NCBI GenBank assembly: GCA_013286805.1
Contig: JABDEY010000004.1
Coordinates: forward strand, 770 to 58,636
DNA: 57,867 bases
Source: Bacteroidota bacterium
GTDB taxonomy: Bacteria; Bacteroidota; Bacteroidia; JABDFU01
Direction: 5' to 3'
The notes beneath the pieces were generated by a model, which did no database searches, was not told the origin of the DNA, and was given only the letters and a program-made list of their open reading frames with translations. Made by a program: the position numbers and the translations under genes. This document shows, one piece after another, positions 37,105 to 46,626 of the stretch (positions within the stretch are counted from its first letter, which is position 1; each line of letters begins with the position of its first letter).

Positions 37105-39663
37105 ATGGTAAAACATTTTGCAAGTGCTCTTTCGCTGTTTCTTGCCGGAGCAACTATCAACTCTCAGGAATTAACGAAAAGCAAAGACAATGCGCACGAA
37201 GGTGGAGCAAACGCAGTTGCTATAAGCAATGACGGGAGTATGATCCTTACCGGAGGAAATGACATGAAATCTTATTTATGGAATTCCAAAACCCTCGACA
37301 AGCTGAAAGGCGGTCTCAAGCACAATGAAAAGGTGACTGCGGTAGCCATTAATTCAAACAACAAATATTATGCAACTGGCTGTACCGATATGAAGACCCG
37401 TATTATGGACATTGAACAAGGTCTTCCGGTACGCATATTATCGGAACATACCGGAGCCATTTCCGCCGTTATCTATAACCCCGTGACGGATTTTATCGCC
37501 ACTGCTTCCGCTGATAATACAGTAAAAATATGGGACAATAACTTAAAGAACAAAACTTCCCTTTTTACCTTAAAGGGACATACCAAGGAAGTGAAAGCTA
37601 TTGTGTTCAGCCCGGATGGGAAAAACCTGGCTTCCGGCGCTCTTGACAACTCCATTAAAATCTGGGATGTTTCCACGGGCGCGTTGAAAAACACCCTTGA
37701 TGGTGGATCCAAATCCATTACCTCACTGGCTTTTGGCTCGGACGGAAAATATCTTTTGAGCGGAAGCACGAATGGCAGTGTAACCATTTGGGACCCTTAT
37801 GCAGGAACAATCATGTCTGAATTAACGGGATGCAAATATCAGATCAACTCGGTTGCGTTCAGCCCGGATTGTCAGTATGCTGCCGCAGCGGGGAACAATA
37901 AAAAAATAACAATCTGGAAAGTTGAAACAGGTAAACTGGAAAAAGAATTTGTTGCGCATGAAGGAGGTAATATCAATGGAATTGCATTCAGCGATAAAGG
38001 AGATGTACTGGTTTCCGTCAGCGGAGACGGGAGCATGAAAATATGGGATGTAAGCGCGCTTAAAATAGGCGGCAAAAAATTCGTCAAATCGGGAGCCGGA
38101 CCTGCTCTCAGCTGCAGCACACTAACACTCAAGGATGCTAACAGCAATGGTATCCTCGAAGGGGGTGAAAAAGCGAACCTTGCTTTCACCATTAAAAACA
38201 AAGGTAGCGGAGCGGCCTTTAATATTTTGGTCCGGACTACACTTGAAACACCTGTTTCACAAATTACGTTTGATAAGGAAGTAGCAATTGGGAACCTCGA
38301 AGCAGGCAAAAGTCAGGCAGTAACTATTCCTTTAACAGTTGCCGAAGATCTGGAAGGTGGACGAAACGTTTTCAATGTGGAAATTGTTGAAGCAAATGGG
38401 TTCAACCCTTCTCCCCTGACACTGGGTTTTCAGACAGGGGCGCTGGGCAGTTATAATTACATTATGATTTCAGGAAATGCTTATTCTTCTGCTACCGGAA
38501 AGGCTGAAATTGGCGCTCCTATTACGCTCAAACTGAAGGTAAAGAACCTGACGAAAGGTGAAGCCAAAAATATTAAGGTAAAGTTCCTGTTGCCGGATCA
38601 TGTACTTGCCGTGAGCAAACTTTCTGAACTTATCCCAAGTATGGCCGCAGGAGAAGAAAAGGAAATAACAATGGATTTTTATGCAGACAAAAATTTCACC
38701 CAGCCCGAAATTAAGATGGGCCTCGATATTGACGGAGCTGCCTTCACGAATGCCAAGGATATGGTTTTAAGGGTAAAGATGAATGACAAACTTCCTACCA
38801 ATGAAGATTTCAGCAGTGACATCGTTGCACAGGCAGCCAAAATTGAAGAACAGCCTTTGACGGAAAGTCATCCTCAGATGCGGGGTGGCGGAGATCCCCT
38901 GAAAGGAATCAACGTGGCCTCTTCCAAGTCCATGATCATCGGCAATTATTATCTGCTGGTAATAGGTATTGACAAATATAAAGGTCAATGGCCCCAATTG
39001 ACGAATGCTGTAAATGATGCCAAAGCTGTTGAAAAATCGATGAAACTGAGTTATAAATTCGACCAGATTCATGCACTGTATAATGAACAGGCCACCCGTG
39101 ATAATATTATCAAAGAAATGGAATGGTTAGTTGCTACTGTAAAGGAGCAGGATAATGTATTTATCTATTATTCAGGACATGGTGAATACAAAAAGGAATT
39201 GAGCAAGGGTTTCTGGGTTCCGGTTGATGCGGAGTCCGAAAGCACCTCCAAATTTATTTCCAATTCTGATCTTCAGACGTACGTAAGCGGTATTAAATCC
39301 AAACATACCTTGCTTATTGCAGATGCCTGTTTCAGCGGAGATATTTTCAGAGGAAATACGATAACTGTGCCATTTGAAGAATCTGAGAAGTATTACCGGG
39401 AGGTGAACAGCCTTGCTTCGAGACAGGCTTTGACTTCTGGAGGAATTGAGCCGGTGATGGATGGAGGAAAAGAAGGGCACTCGGTATTTGCTTATTATTT
39501 ATTAAAAACACTTGCTGACAATCAAAGCAAATATTTTGATGCGGGCCAGCTCTTCAGTAAAGTAAAGATTCCTGTGATCAACAATTCGGAGCAGACTCCG
39601 AAATTTTCTCCAATCAAGAATGCAGGTGATGAAGGTGGGCAGTTTATTTTTATTAAGAAGTAA
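37105..39663 (+). CDS. Exported WD40 - Ig-like - caspase (peptidase C14) protein
   Basis: Signal peptide, seven WD40 blades, CARDB-like domains, LLVIGIDKY, catalytic YYSGHG and ADACFSG. Confidence 0.9.
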   Translation: MVKHFASALSLFLAGATINSQELTKSKDNAHEGGANAVAISNDGSMILTGGNDMKSYLWNSKTLDKLKGGLKHNEKVTAVAINSNNKYYATGCTDMKTRIMDIEQGLPVRILSEHTGAISAVIYNPVTDFIATASADNTVKIWDNNLKNKTSLFTLKGHTKEVKAIVFSPDGKNLASGALDNSIKIWDVSTGALKNTLDGGSKSITSLAFGSDGKYLLSGSTNGSVTIWDPYAGTIMSELTGCKYQINSVAFSPDCQYAAAAGNNKKITIWKVETGKLEKEFVAHEGGNINGIAFSDKGDVLVSVSGDGSMKIWDVSALKIGGKKFVKSGAGPALSCSTLTLKDANSNGILEGGEKANLAFTIKNKGSGAAFNILVRTTLETPVSQITFDKEVAIGNLEAGKSQAVTIPLTVAEDLEGGRNVFNVEIVEANGFNPSPLTLGFQTGALGSYNYIMISGNAYSSATGKAEIGAPITLKLKVKNLTKGEAKNIKVKFLLPDHVLAVSKLSELIPSMAAGEEKEITMDFYADKNFTQPEIKMGLDIDGAAFTNAKDMVLRVKMNDKLPTNEDFSSDIVAQAAKIEEQPLTESHPQMRGGGDPLKGINVASSKSMIIGNYYLLVIGIDKYKGQWPQLTNAVNDAKAVEKSMKLSYKFDQIHALYNEQATRDNIIKEMEWLVATVKEQDNVFIYYSGHGEYKKELSKGFWVPVDAESESTSKFISNSDLQTYVSGIKSKHTLLIADACFSGDIFRGNTITVPFEESEKYYREVNSLASRQALTSGGIEPVMDGGKEGHSVFAYYLLKTLADNQSKYFDAGQLFSKVKIPVINNSEQTPKFSPIKNAGDEGGQFIFIKK

Positions 39664-39748
39664 TAAGAACGTTGTTCTTCTGGTTTCTAAAAATGGATCA
39701 TTTAGCAGATCCGGACAGGAGAACAATGGAAAGTATAAACTATTCTGA

Positions 39749-42700
39749 ATGAAAAACAACTTCATTAAATCTAAATTCTGTTCCCTTTTTCTTTTTTACC
39801 TCTTCCCTGCCCTTCTCCTTTCTCAAAACAATAATTTCCGTCAATGGAGCAGTAAGGAAGGCTTGCCCCAATCTGATATTCATTGTATAAAGCAGGACAA
39901 AAGAGGATATATCTGGCTTGGTACGGGCGAAGGTATCTGCCAGTTCGACGGAAAGAAATTTAAATCCTATTCAAAAAAAGAAGGGTTCAATGGCAACTCT
40001 GTCCGGTGCATAATGGAAGACCACCTTGGCCGGCTTTGGTTTGGTTCTGACCAGGGAATTGAGGTATATGATGGCTATAAATTCAAAACAATTGGAAAAT
40101 CCCAGGGACTGGCCGGCAGTTCTGTACTCTGCCTTTTGGAGGATGACTTAAAAAATGTCTGGGCAGGGACTGATGACGGGGGGCTGAACCAAATAATTTC
40201 TTTGGGTAAAGATTCATTTAAAGTAACGGATGCAGGTAAAAAACTGGGATTGGACAAGGCTCCTGTTTTTGATTTATTGGAGGATGGTAACAAAAAAATA
40301 TGGGTTGCAACATTTGCAGGTATTGCTATACTTACGCCTAAAGGGGATACATGTGATGTTCAAAACCTGAGCGGATCCTCTACTCTGCCAAGCGACCGCA
40401 TTCTCTGTATTGCTAAAGATGCCAAAGGCTTTTTGTGGTTTGGGACGTATGATGCGGGTATTTTCAGGCTTAATGCAGATGGCACTGGTATTGTTAAATA
40501 CAATAAGGAAAATGGATTGAGCGGCAATTCGGTCTGGAAAATTATCTTTTCAAGTAAAGGGGAAGGCTGGATAGCTACTTCCGAAAACGGCATCAACCGT
40601 ATGATTCCGGGCAGGGAGAAAATGGAATATTATACTTCCAGGCAGGGTTTGGCAAGTAATCAGATCCTCTGCCTGCTGGAAGATACGGAAGGTGATATCT
40701 GGATTGGAACCAATGGTGATGGATTGTGTGAGCTGCCGGGTGACCGCTTTTCACATTTTTCAGAAAAGGATGGATTACCTGCAAATAAAATAACCGGTAT
40801 CGATCAGGATGCAGAGGGGAATTTATGGGTGTCCTCTGACGGTGGTGGTTTATCCATGATCAATTTTACTACCGGCCTGCCCGCGGTAAAAACGTTTAAC
40901 GCGAAGGATGGGTTGAGCAGCAATTTCATAAGTACGATTGCGATTGGTAAGTCAAACAATTCAAATATCTGGATCGGAACCACGAATCAGGGTATTATGA
41001 AATACGACGGTCATCATTTTAAAACTTTTAAGGAAGCGGATGGGCTGTTGAATGACCGGATCAATAAAATAATGGTTGACTCCAAGGGAATTGTCTGGTG
41101 CGGGACTGGTGACGGCATAAGCAGGTTTGATGGTGTCCGCTTTTTGAATTCGAGTACCAGTACCATGAAAATGGAAAATTACGGAGTAAAAACCATGATA
41201 GAAGATAAAAAAGGGAATACATGGTTTGGAACTGCGGGAGGATTGGCAAGGTATACCGGAGATGGTATTATCAGGACTTTTGACGAAGCAGAAGGATTAA
41301 AACAAAAAGACGTAAACGCTATTGCCGAGGGACCTGATGGTAACATCTGGATTGGGACAAATACCGGAGGATTGTATAAATACAATGCACAGAAGCCTGA
41401 CAGCATTGCTATTGAGTTTGTGGCAGACGACAGTTTGCTTGCATCCAATTCCATCCATATGCTTTTGTTCCAGGATAACCAGACGCTGATTGCGGGCACC
41501 AATAAGGGATTTGATAAAATAAATCTGGATGCAAATGGTAAAATCCTGAAAGTTCAGAATTATAATTCAACGGATGGATTTACCGGACTTGAATGCAACG
41601 ACAATGCAATTTATAAGGACAAACAGGGGGCTATTTGGTTTGGAACGGTAAAGGGCTTAACAAAGTATTCTCCATCCCTGGATTTTTCCTCTAAAATCCC
41701 GCCGCTGGTGCATGTGTCAGACCTGCAGTTGTTTTATAAAAAGGTCGACTGGTCTGCCAAATCGGATAGCGTGTTGCCCTGGTCCAGGTTACCGGCCTCT
41801 CTGACACTTAAGTATGATGAAAATAATCTGACCTTTTATTTTTCAGCCATCTCCTTAAATAATCCTGAGAAAATAAGGTACAGATATAAATTAGAGGGAA
41901 GAGAAAAGGAATGGACCCCTCCCCGAACAGAAGACAGGGCCAACTTTTCCGGTCTTTCTGAAGGAAAATACACCTTTAAAGTGATGGCCTGTGATGCCAG
42001 CGGGAACTGGTCCGAGCCTTCTGAATTCAGTTTCATCATTTCCCCTCCCTGGTACAGAACGATCTGGTTTTACCTGATATGCCTGATTATCATAGTTTCC
42101 TCTACTTACGCTTATATACGTTACAGGGAAAAGGCTTTGAAAGAAGAAAAAAGAATTCTTGAAAATATTGTGGTGGAGCGCACGAAAGTTATCTCCGAAC
42201 AGAAAGATCACCTCGCTGAAAAAAACAGGGAAATTTTAGACAGTATTACCTATGCGAAGCGAATTCAGAATTCGATTCTTCCACCTAAAGAAACGATAAA
42301 AGCTGCCTTTCAGGAATCCTTTGTCCTTTATAAACCTAAGGATATAGTCAGCGGAGATTTATACTGGTTTCATAAAACTGCTAAAGGTTTTCTCCTTGCA
42401 GCAGCTGACTGTACCGGCCATGGGATCCCCGGTGCATTTATGAGCATAGTGGCCTATGAGAAATTAACAGAGGCTGCCTTGTTTACTTCTGATGTAAGTG
42501 AATTACTAAGTTTACTGAACAAGGGTGTAAAGAGGTCTCTCAGGCAATCGGATCATGAAGGTTCTACACGGGATGGGATGGACATTGCTGTCTGTCATTT
42601 CGATCTGAAAACCAGGATTGTGGAATATGCAGCCGCCAATCGTCCATTATGGATAGTGAAAAAGGGAGGAACTGAAGTTGTTGAAATTAAAGCAACAAAA

Positions 42701-42982
42701 AATGCCATTGGAGGACTTACCAAAGATGATCAGCAATATCAGAAACACGTGATTGAGTTGCTGGAAGGAGATACTGTTTACATGTCCAGTGATGGCTATG
42801 CAGATCAATTCGGGCATAATAATAAGAAAATGATGACTAAGCGGTTCAGAGAAGTGATCATGTCAATTCAGGATCGCTCTATGGAAGATCAGTGCAGTTA
42901 CCTGGATGAATTCTACGATAAGTGGAAAGGGAAGTTTGAACAGATTGATGATGTGCTGGTGGTTGGGGTGAAGTTGGTTTAA
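39749..42982 (+). CDS. Sensor phosphatase (two-component-regulator beta-propellers - Y_Y_Y - TM - PP2C/SpoIIE)
   Basis: Many D..G..W.GT..G repeats, YRYKLEG..GKYTFKV Y_Y_Y domain, TM after PPWYRTIWF, then PKDIVSGD, DCTGHG, DGMDI, SDG and QIDD. Confidence 0.92.
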   Translation: MKNNFIKSKFCSLFLFYLFPALLLSQNNNFRQWSSKEGLPQSDIHCIKQDKRGYIWLGTGEGICQFDGKKFKSYSKKEGFNGNSVRCIMEDHLGRLWFGSDQGIEVYDGYKFKTIGKSQGLAGSSVLCLLEDDLKNVWAGTDDGGLNQIISLGKDSFKVTDAGKKLGLDKAPVFDLLEDGNKKIWVATFAGIAILTPKGDTCDVQNLSGSSTLPSDRILCIAKDAKGFLWFGTYDAGIFRLNADGTGIVKYNKENGLSGNSVWKIIFSSKGEGWIATSENGINRMIPGREKMEYYTSRQGLASNQILCLLEDTEGDIWIGTNGDGLCELPGDRFSHFSEKDGLPANKITGIDQDAEGNLWVSSDGGGLSMINFTTGLPAVKTFNAKDGLSSNFISTIAIGKSNNSNIWIGTTNQGIMKYDGHHFKTFKEADGLLNDRINKIMVDSKGIVWCGTGDGISRFDGVRFLNSSTSTMKMENYGVKTMIEDKKGNTWFGTAGGLARYTGDGIIRTFDEAEGLKQKDVNAIAEGPDGNIWIGTNTGGLYKYNAQKPDSIAIEFVADDSLLASNSIHMLLFQDNQTLIAGTNKGFDKINLDANGKILKVQNYNSTDGFTGLECNDNAIYKDKQGAIWFGTVKGLTKYSPSLDFSSKIPPLVHVSDLQLFYKKVDWSAKSDSVLPWSRLPASLTLKYDENNLTFYFSAISLNNPEKIRYRYKLEGREKEWTPPRTEDRANFSGLSEGKYTFKVMACDASGNWSEPSEFSFIISPPWYRTIWFYLICLIIIVSSTYAYIRYREKALKEEKRILENIVVERTKVISEQKDHLAEKNREILDSITYAKRIQNSILPPKETIKAAFQESFVLYKPKDIVSGDLYWFHKTAKGFLLAAADCTGHGIPGAFMSIVAYEKLTEAALFTSDVSELLSLLNKGVKRSLRQSDHEGSTRDGMDIAVCHFDLKTRIVEYAAANRPLWIVKKGGTEVVEIKATKNAIGGLTKDDQQYQKHVIELLEGDTVYMSSDGYADQFGHNNKKMMTKRFREVIMSIQDRSMEDQCSYLDEFYDKWKGKFEQIDDVLVVGVKLV

Positions 42983-43173
42983 TAATTCCATTACCGAAAA
43001 ATCAAACGGAATGCTTTACCGATTTATTTGCAGATTCGAACGCTGCTTATTTTGTCAAAAGGTTCTCTTCCTGTTCTCAATACATTCAAAAAAAGCGGCG
43101 CGCAAATCTATTGCATTGTAAACAGACACTGGTATCCGCTTTTGTACTTATGAAATTCACTTTTTTACCTGAT

Positions 43174-43181
43174 TATATTTG
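43174..43181 (+). promoter_or_regulatory. -7 element (TATATTTG) upstream of the repeat array and Xre pseudogene
   Basis: Perfect TAnnTTTG about 220 nt upstream of the ATG at 43400. Confidence 0.45.
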
Positions 43182-43280
43182 CGCAAAGAAACTTTCGGTA
43201 AGAAAACTGTTCGTTTTTGGAGTGCTTTTATAGGTCTAGCGTAGTAAACCTATGGAGGCTAATAGGTTCAGTAAAATGAA

Positions 43281-43419
43281 CTTATGAGAGCATCAAAAAA
43301 CTGCTTATGAGAGCATCAAAAAACTGCTTATGAGGGCATCAAAAAAAGGAGTTATGAAAACATCCAAAGAGGACTTGTGAGGGCATAAAAAAAGGACATA
43401 TGAGTACAAACAAAATCGA
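43281..43419 (+). repeat. Tandem array of six 23-24-bp units
   Basis: CTTATGAGAGCATCAAAAAACTG twice (identical), then CTTATGAGGGCATCAAAAAAAGGA, GTTATGAAAACATCCAAAGAGGA, CTTGTGAGGGCATAAAAAAAGGA and CATATGAGTACAAACAAAATCGA. Confidence 0.9.
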
Positions 43420-43797
43420 CTTTTCCTTTACTGGATCTGAAGTATTAGCTACCCTTGGAGAAAATATTAAACTGGCCCGCATAGGCAGGAGGCTCACTGT
43501 TTATGGGGTTTCAAAAATGGCGGGATCAGCCGCTCGACATTATGGCAGGTTGAAAAGGGATCACGGAAAGTTGCGATGGGGACATATTATGATGTATTGT
43601 TTTTTCTCGGTTTGGCAAATGACTTGTTAAAAGTTGCGGCCGAGGATCTGCAAGGCAGGAAATCAAAGGATTTCGGCTTGCTGATTAGAAAAACATCACG
43701 TCAAATTAAAGGAGAGGATAAGCTATTAAATATCCGGAAAAATAAATATGCAAAGAATGCTGTGCCCTTTCTGGAAGATCTGATGAGAAAAAAGTAA
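43400..43797 (+). pseudogene. Frameshifted Xre/HTH (HipB-like antitoxin-type) gene
   Basis: LGENIKLARIGRRL...MAG joins, across a 1-nt deletion at GGG 43522-43524, to ISRSTLWQVEKGSRKVAMGTYYDVLFFLGLANDLLKVAAEDLQGRK. Confidence 0.78.
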
Positions 43798-43853
43798 CAG
43801 CAGTAAGTTCTTCAGTTGACAGAAACTGAAATCAAGGATAATTACCCGAAGGC

Positions 43854-45947
43854 CTATTGCAACACAGTGATTTCAACCCGGCGGTTCATCTTCCGGTTTT
43901 CATCCGTATCATTTGGAGTTTTTGGAGCGAGAGGACCTCTTCCATAGCATAACAGGCGATCAGTTGAAATATTATACCGGATTAAAAAATCCCTCACCTG
44001 TTGCGCCCTTCTTTCTGACAAAACAACATTGTATTTCCATGCACCTTTTATATCCGTGTGTCCAACAATTTCCAGTCTCGATTCCGGATGCCTTTTAAGC
44101 TGATCTATGAGCGGCTTAAGTTCTTTCAATGAACTTTGAGACAAATCGCTTTTATCAAAATCAAAATAGATGGTCTCGAACATTTTTAATTCGGCCTCTT
44201 TAACGGGTATGTCGGCCTTTGAGTTGTCCGCATTAGCTTTTGCACGCTCTTCCGTTTTAGCTGTTTTGTCATCCACCTTAGCGCCTGTTCCGGCAGAAGC
44301 AGTTTCATCGGTTTTTCCGGCAGCAGTCCCGGCAGCTTTTCCTGCAGTAGTATCGGCAGCCATTCCTGTGGCAGTTGCAGCGCTGTCCGGTTTAGGCGTC
44401 TTACGGTCCACCTCTACTTCAAGGGTCTTGATAACTTCAACCTCCTTTTCCACCTGTACTTCTGTTTCAACTGCCTGCACTACATCCACTTCTTTCTGCA
44501 CTTCCTTTTCCGTTTCCACAACCTGCGTAACGTTCATTTCCTTGGTTACTGTCACTACTTCCGTACCGGCGGCTACATTATCAAAATCAAAACCACCACC
44601 TTCAATTTCAAATAAATCGTAACTCTTACCTTCGTTTATACGGGAATAGTAGCGCCTGCCCTCACCTGCACTGTAAAAATTAATATCATCTCTTGTAGTA
44701 TTAATCGGATACCCCATATTCTGGGGTTCTGACCATTTATTCGAGGGGCTCTGAAATTCACTGTAATAAATGTCCTGCCCCCCTAATCCACTATTGGAAT
44801 TACCGTCTGTAGAGAAAAACAAAGTTTTTCCATCTGCATTCAGATTGGGAGCAACTTCATTTAAGGGGGTATTAATTGGGAATCCAAGATTCTCCGGGGT
44901 GCCCCATTTCCCATTCGCTGCCTGAACACATTTGTAGATATCATACCCGCCTAAGCCCCCTGGCCTATCGCTGGAAAAATAAAGGCTTTTGCCATCGCTC
45001 GTAAAGGTCAATCCGATTTCATTCGACTTTGAATTGATTTCTGTAAAGGGTTCAGGAGTGTTCCATACCCCGTCCTTAAATTTGCTGATATAAATATCAT
45101 CGTTGTGATTCCGGTATCGTCTGAAATACAGCGTCAGACCATCCGTTGAAATACACAGGGGAGCCTCATCAAATTTTGTATTGAACCTGAAAGGGACCGG
45201 TTCCCCCCATTTACCTGATGCATCTTTTGTTGAATAGTAAATATGTTCTGAAAGTTCATTGCCTGCTTTGCCCGTATCTCCTTGTACCGGCCTTCTGGAG
45301 CTAAAGAACAGCATACTGTTGTCAAGCTTAACAACAGGGTTTGTTTCCGCATATTCCGAATTCAGGCTTGTAAGATTGACAACCTTTACATTCCGGGGAT
45401 TTTTCATGCTGTTCTTTGCATTGATGCACATAAAGGATTCCCTGTCAGGGTTCATTGGCGGAACCTGATACTGATTTTTGTAAAGTGTGAAGTATTTAAG
45501 TGCACTGTCAGGCTGGTTATTTTCGATAAAAGCTTCTGCCAAAAAGTACAATGCGTAGGCAGGTGCTTTTCCTGTGCTGGCCCTGAACGAATAAGTCGTG
45601 CTCATGTTTTTGCTTGCGAGCATAAGAAAAGGAAGCGCCTTTGCCTTTTCATCGTATGAAATCAAATAACACAAGCCAAGTTTAAAATTGACATCTGCAT
45701 TGGTTGGATCCTTCCCGAGCAGCTGCTTCCAGATAGCACGCGCTTCTTTTATACTTGGATTCTTTATATGCCCGTTACTCTTATCCTGCACATCACCTAA
45801 GCTGGTATTATCTGTATTGGAAAATCCTTTCATCATCAATTCATTTCCTTTGACAAATAAGGCACTGGTAGTGTTCTCCTGCCCTGCTGATGGAAGGGAA
45901 AATAATCCCAGCATTCCTGTCAGCATAATAATTACAGGTTTAATCAT
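43854..45947 (-). CDS. OmpA-family protein with TPR and PD40 beta-propeller (PorE-like architecture)
   Basis: Signal peptide, TPR, PD40 repeats (LFFSSRR, LYFSSDRPGGLGGYDIY), C-terminal IYFDFDK...GHTD...LSERRA...NRRVEI. Confidence 0.9.
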   Translation of the reverse strand: MIKPVIIMLTGMLGLFSLPSAGQENTTSALFVKGNELMMKGFSNTDNTSLGDVQDKSNGHIKNPSIKEARAIWKQLLGKDPTNADVNFKLGLCYLISYDEKAKALPFLMLASKNMSTTYSFRASTGKAPAYALYFLAEAFIENNQPDSALKYFTLYKNQYQVPPMNPDRESFMCINAKNSMKNPRNVKVVNLTSLNSEYAETNPVVKLDNSMLFFSSRRPVQGDTGKAGNELSEHIYYSTKDASGKWGEPVPFRFNTKFDEAPLCISTDGLTLYFRRYRNHNDDIYISKFKDGVWNTPEPFTEINSKSNEIGLTFTSDGKSLYFSSDRPGGLGGYDIYKCVQAANGKWGTPENLGFPINTPLNEVAPNLNADGKTLFFSTDGNSNSGLGGQDIYYSEFQSPSNKWSEPQNMGYPINTTRDDINFYSAGEGRRYYSRINEGKSYDLFEIEGGGFDFDNVAAGTEVVTVTKEMNVTQVVETEKEVQKEVDVVQAVETEVQVEKEVEVIKTLEVEVDRKTPKPDSAATATGMAADTTAGKAAGTAAGKTDETASAGTGAKVDDKTAKTEERAKANADNSKADIPVKEAELKMFETIYFDFDKSDLSQSSLKELKPLIDQLKRHPESRLEIVGHTDIKGAWKYNVVLSERRAQQVRDFLIRYNISTDRLLCYGRGPLAPKTPNDTDENRKMNRRVEITVLQ

Positions 45948-46438
45948 GGCATTACGATTAGTTTAGACGAACAGAAACATCCGTTTGCATAAGTAATTTT
46001 AAGAACGTATTGCCCTGCAGGTAAATCTCTTGCGGATAATACCTGACTCTCCAGCAGCAAATGGTCTTTTAAAAGGACCACCTTCCCAAGTACATCGGCA
46101 ATAATTAAGGAATATTCTTCTGTTACCGGTGGAATCTGCAATACTGATTCTGATTTTAAGGGGTTTGGATACAAAAGAATATTACAGACAGGACAACCAT
46201 TTTTAGCGTAAGCTGCAGCAACAGGCTGTTCAAAACCCTGGCGAAGCGTGAGCTTATCTCCTGTAAAAAGCTCCGTATTGGAAGATTGACCGATTGTTTG
46301 TTTCAGGTAATACCCATCTCCATAGCCAGTAGAACCCATGGCATTGATGGATTCTCTTTTAAGAGACTGGGCCGGAGCGTAAAAGAAATTTATCAGCGCC
46401 AAAATCAGCGCTGAAAGTATCTTGTATCTGTTTTTCAA
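45944..46438 (-). CDS. Small T9SS type A CTD protein
   Basis: Signal peptide, QTIGQ...QGFEQP, then LYPNPL...DVLGKVV...GQYVLKI...KLIVMP. Stop overlaps the OmpA gene start. Confidence 0.8.
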   Translation of the reverse strand: MKNRYKILSALILALINFFYAPAQSLKRESINAMGSTGYGDGYYLKQTIGQSSNTELFTGDKLTLRQGFEQPVAAAYAKNGCPVCNILLYPNPLKSESVLQIPPVTEEYSLIIADVLGKVVLLKDHLLLESQVLSARDLPAGQYVLKITYANGCFCSSKLIVMP

Positions 46439-46626
46439 ATTTTACCCTCCAAATAGTTAAACCATTAGTACACAGGCAATCAGACACGTAAATTTAGCCA
46501 AATAAATTAAATCTGCAATTTTTTTCAACGATTAATTAGACTTGCTTTGCAAAAGCAAAACTTAGTCTAGCTCGCCCACATACTGGCTCAAATAGACGCA
46601 GGCTATTTGCCCTACCCGGCAGGGTG

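Noticed and set aside
37105-39663. Anti-phage NLR/gasdermin-type caspase system
   Set aside because: There is a signal peptide, no NACHT/STAND domain and no gasdermin-like neighbour.
43281-43419. CRISPR array
   Set aside because: The units are contiguous with no unique spacers, and no cas genes are in the window.
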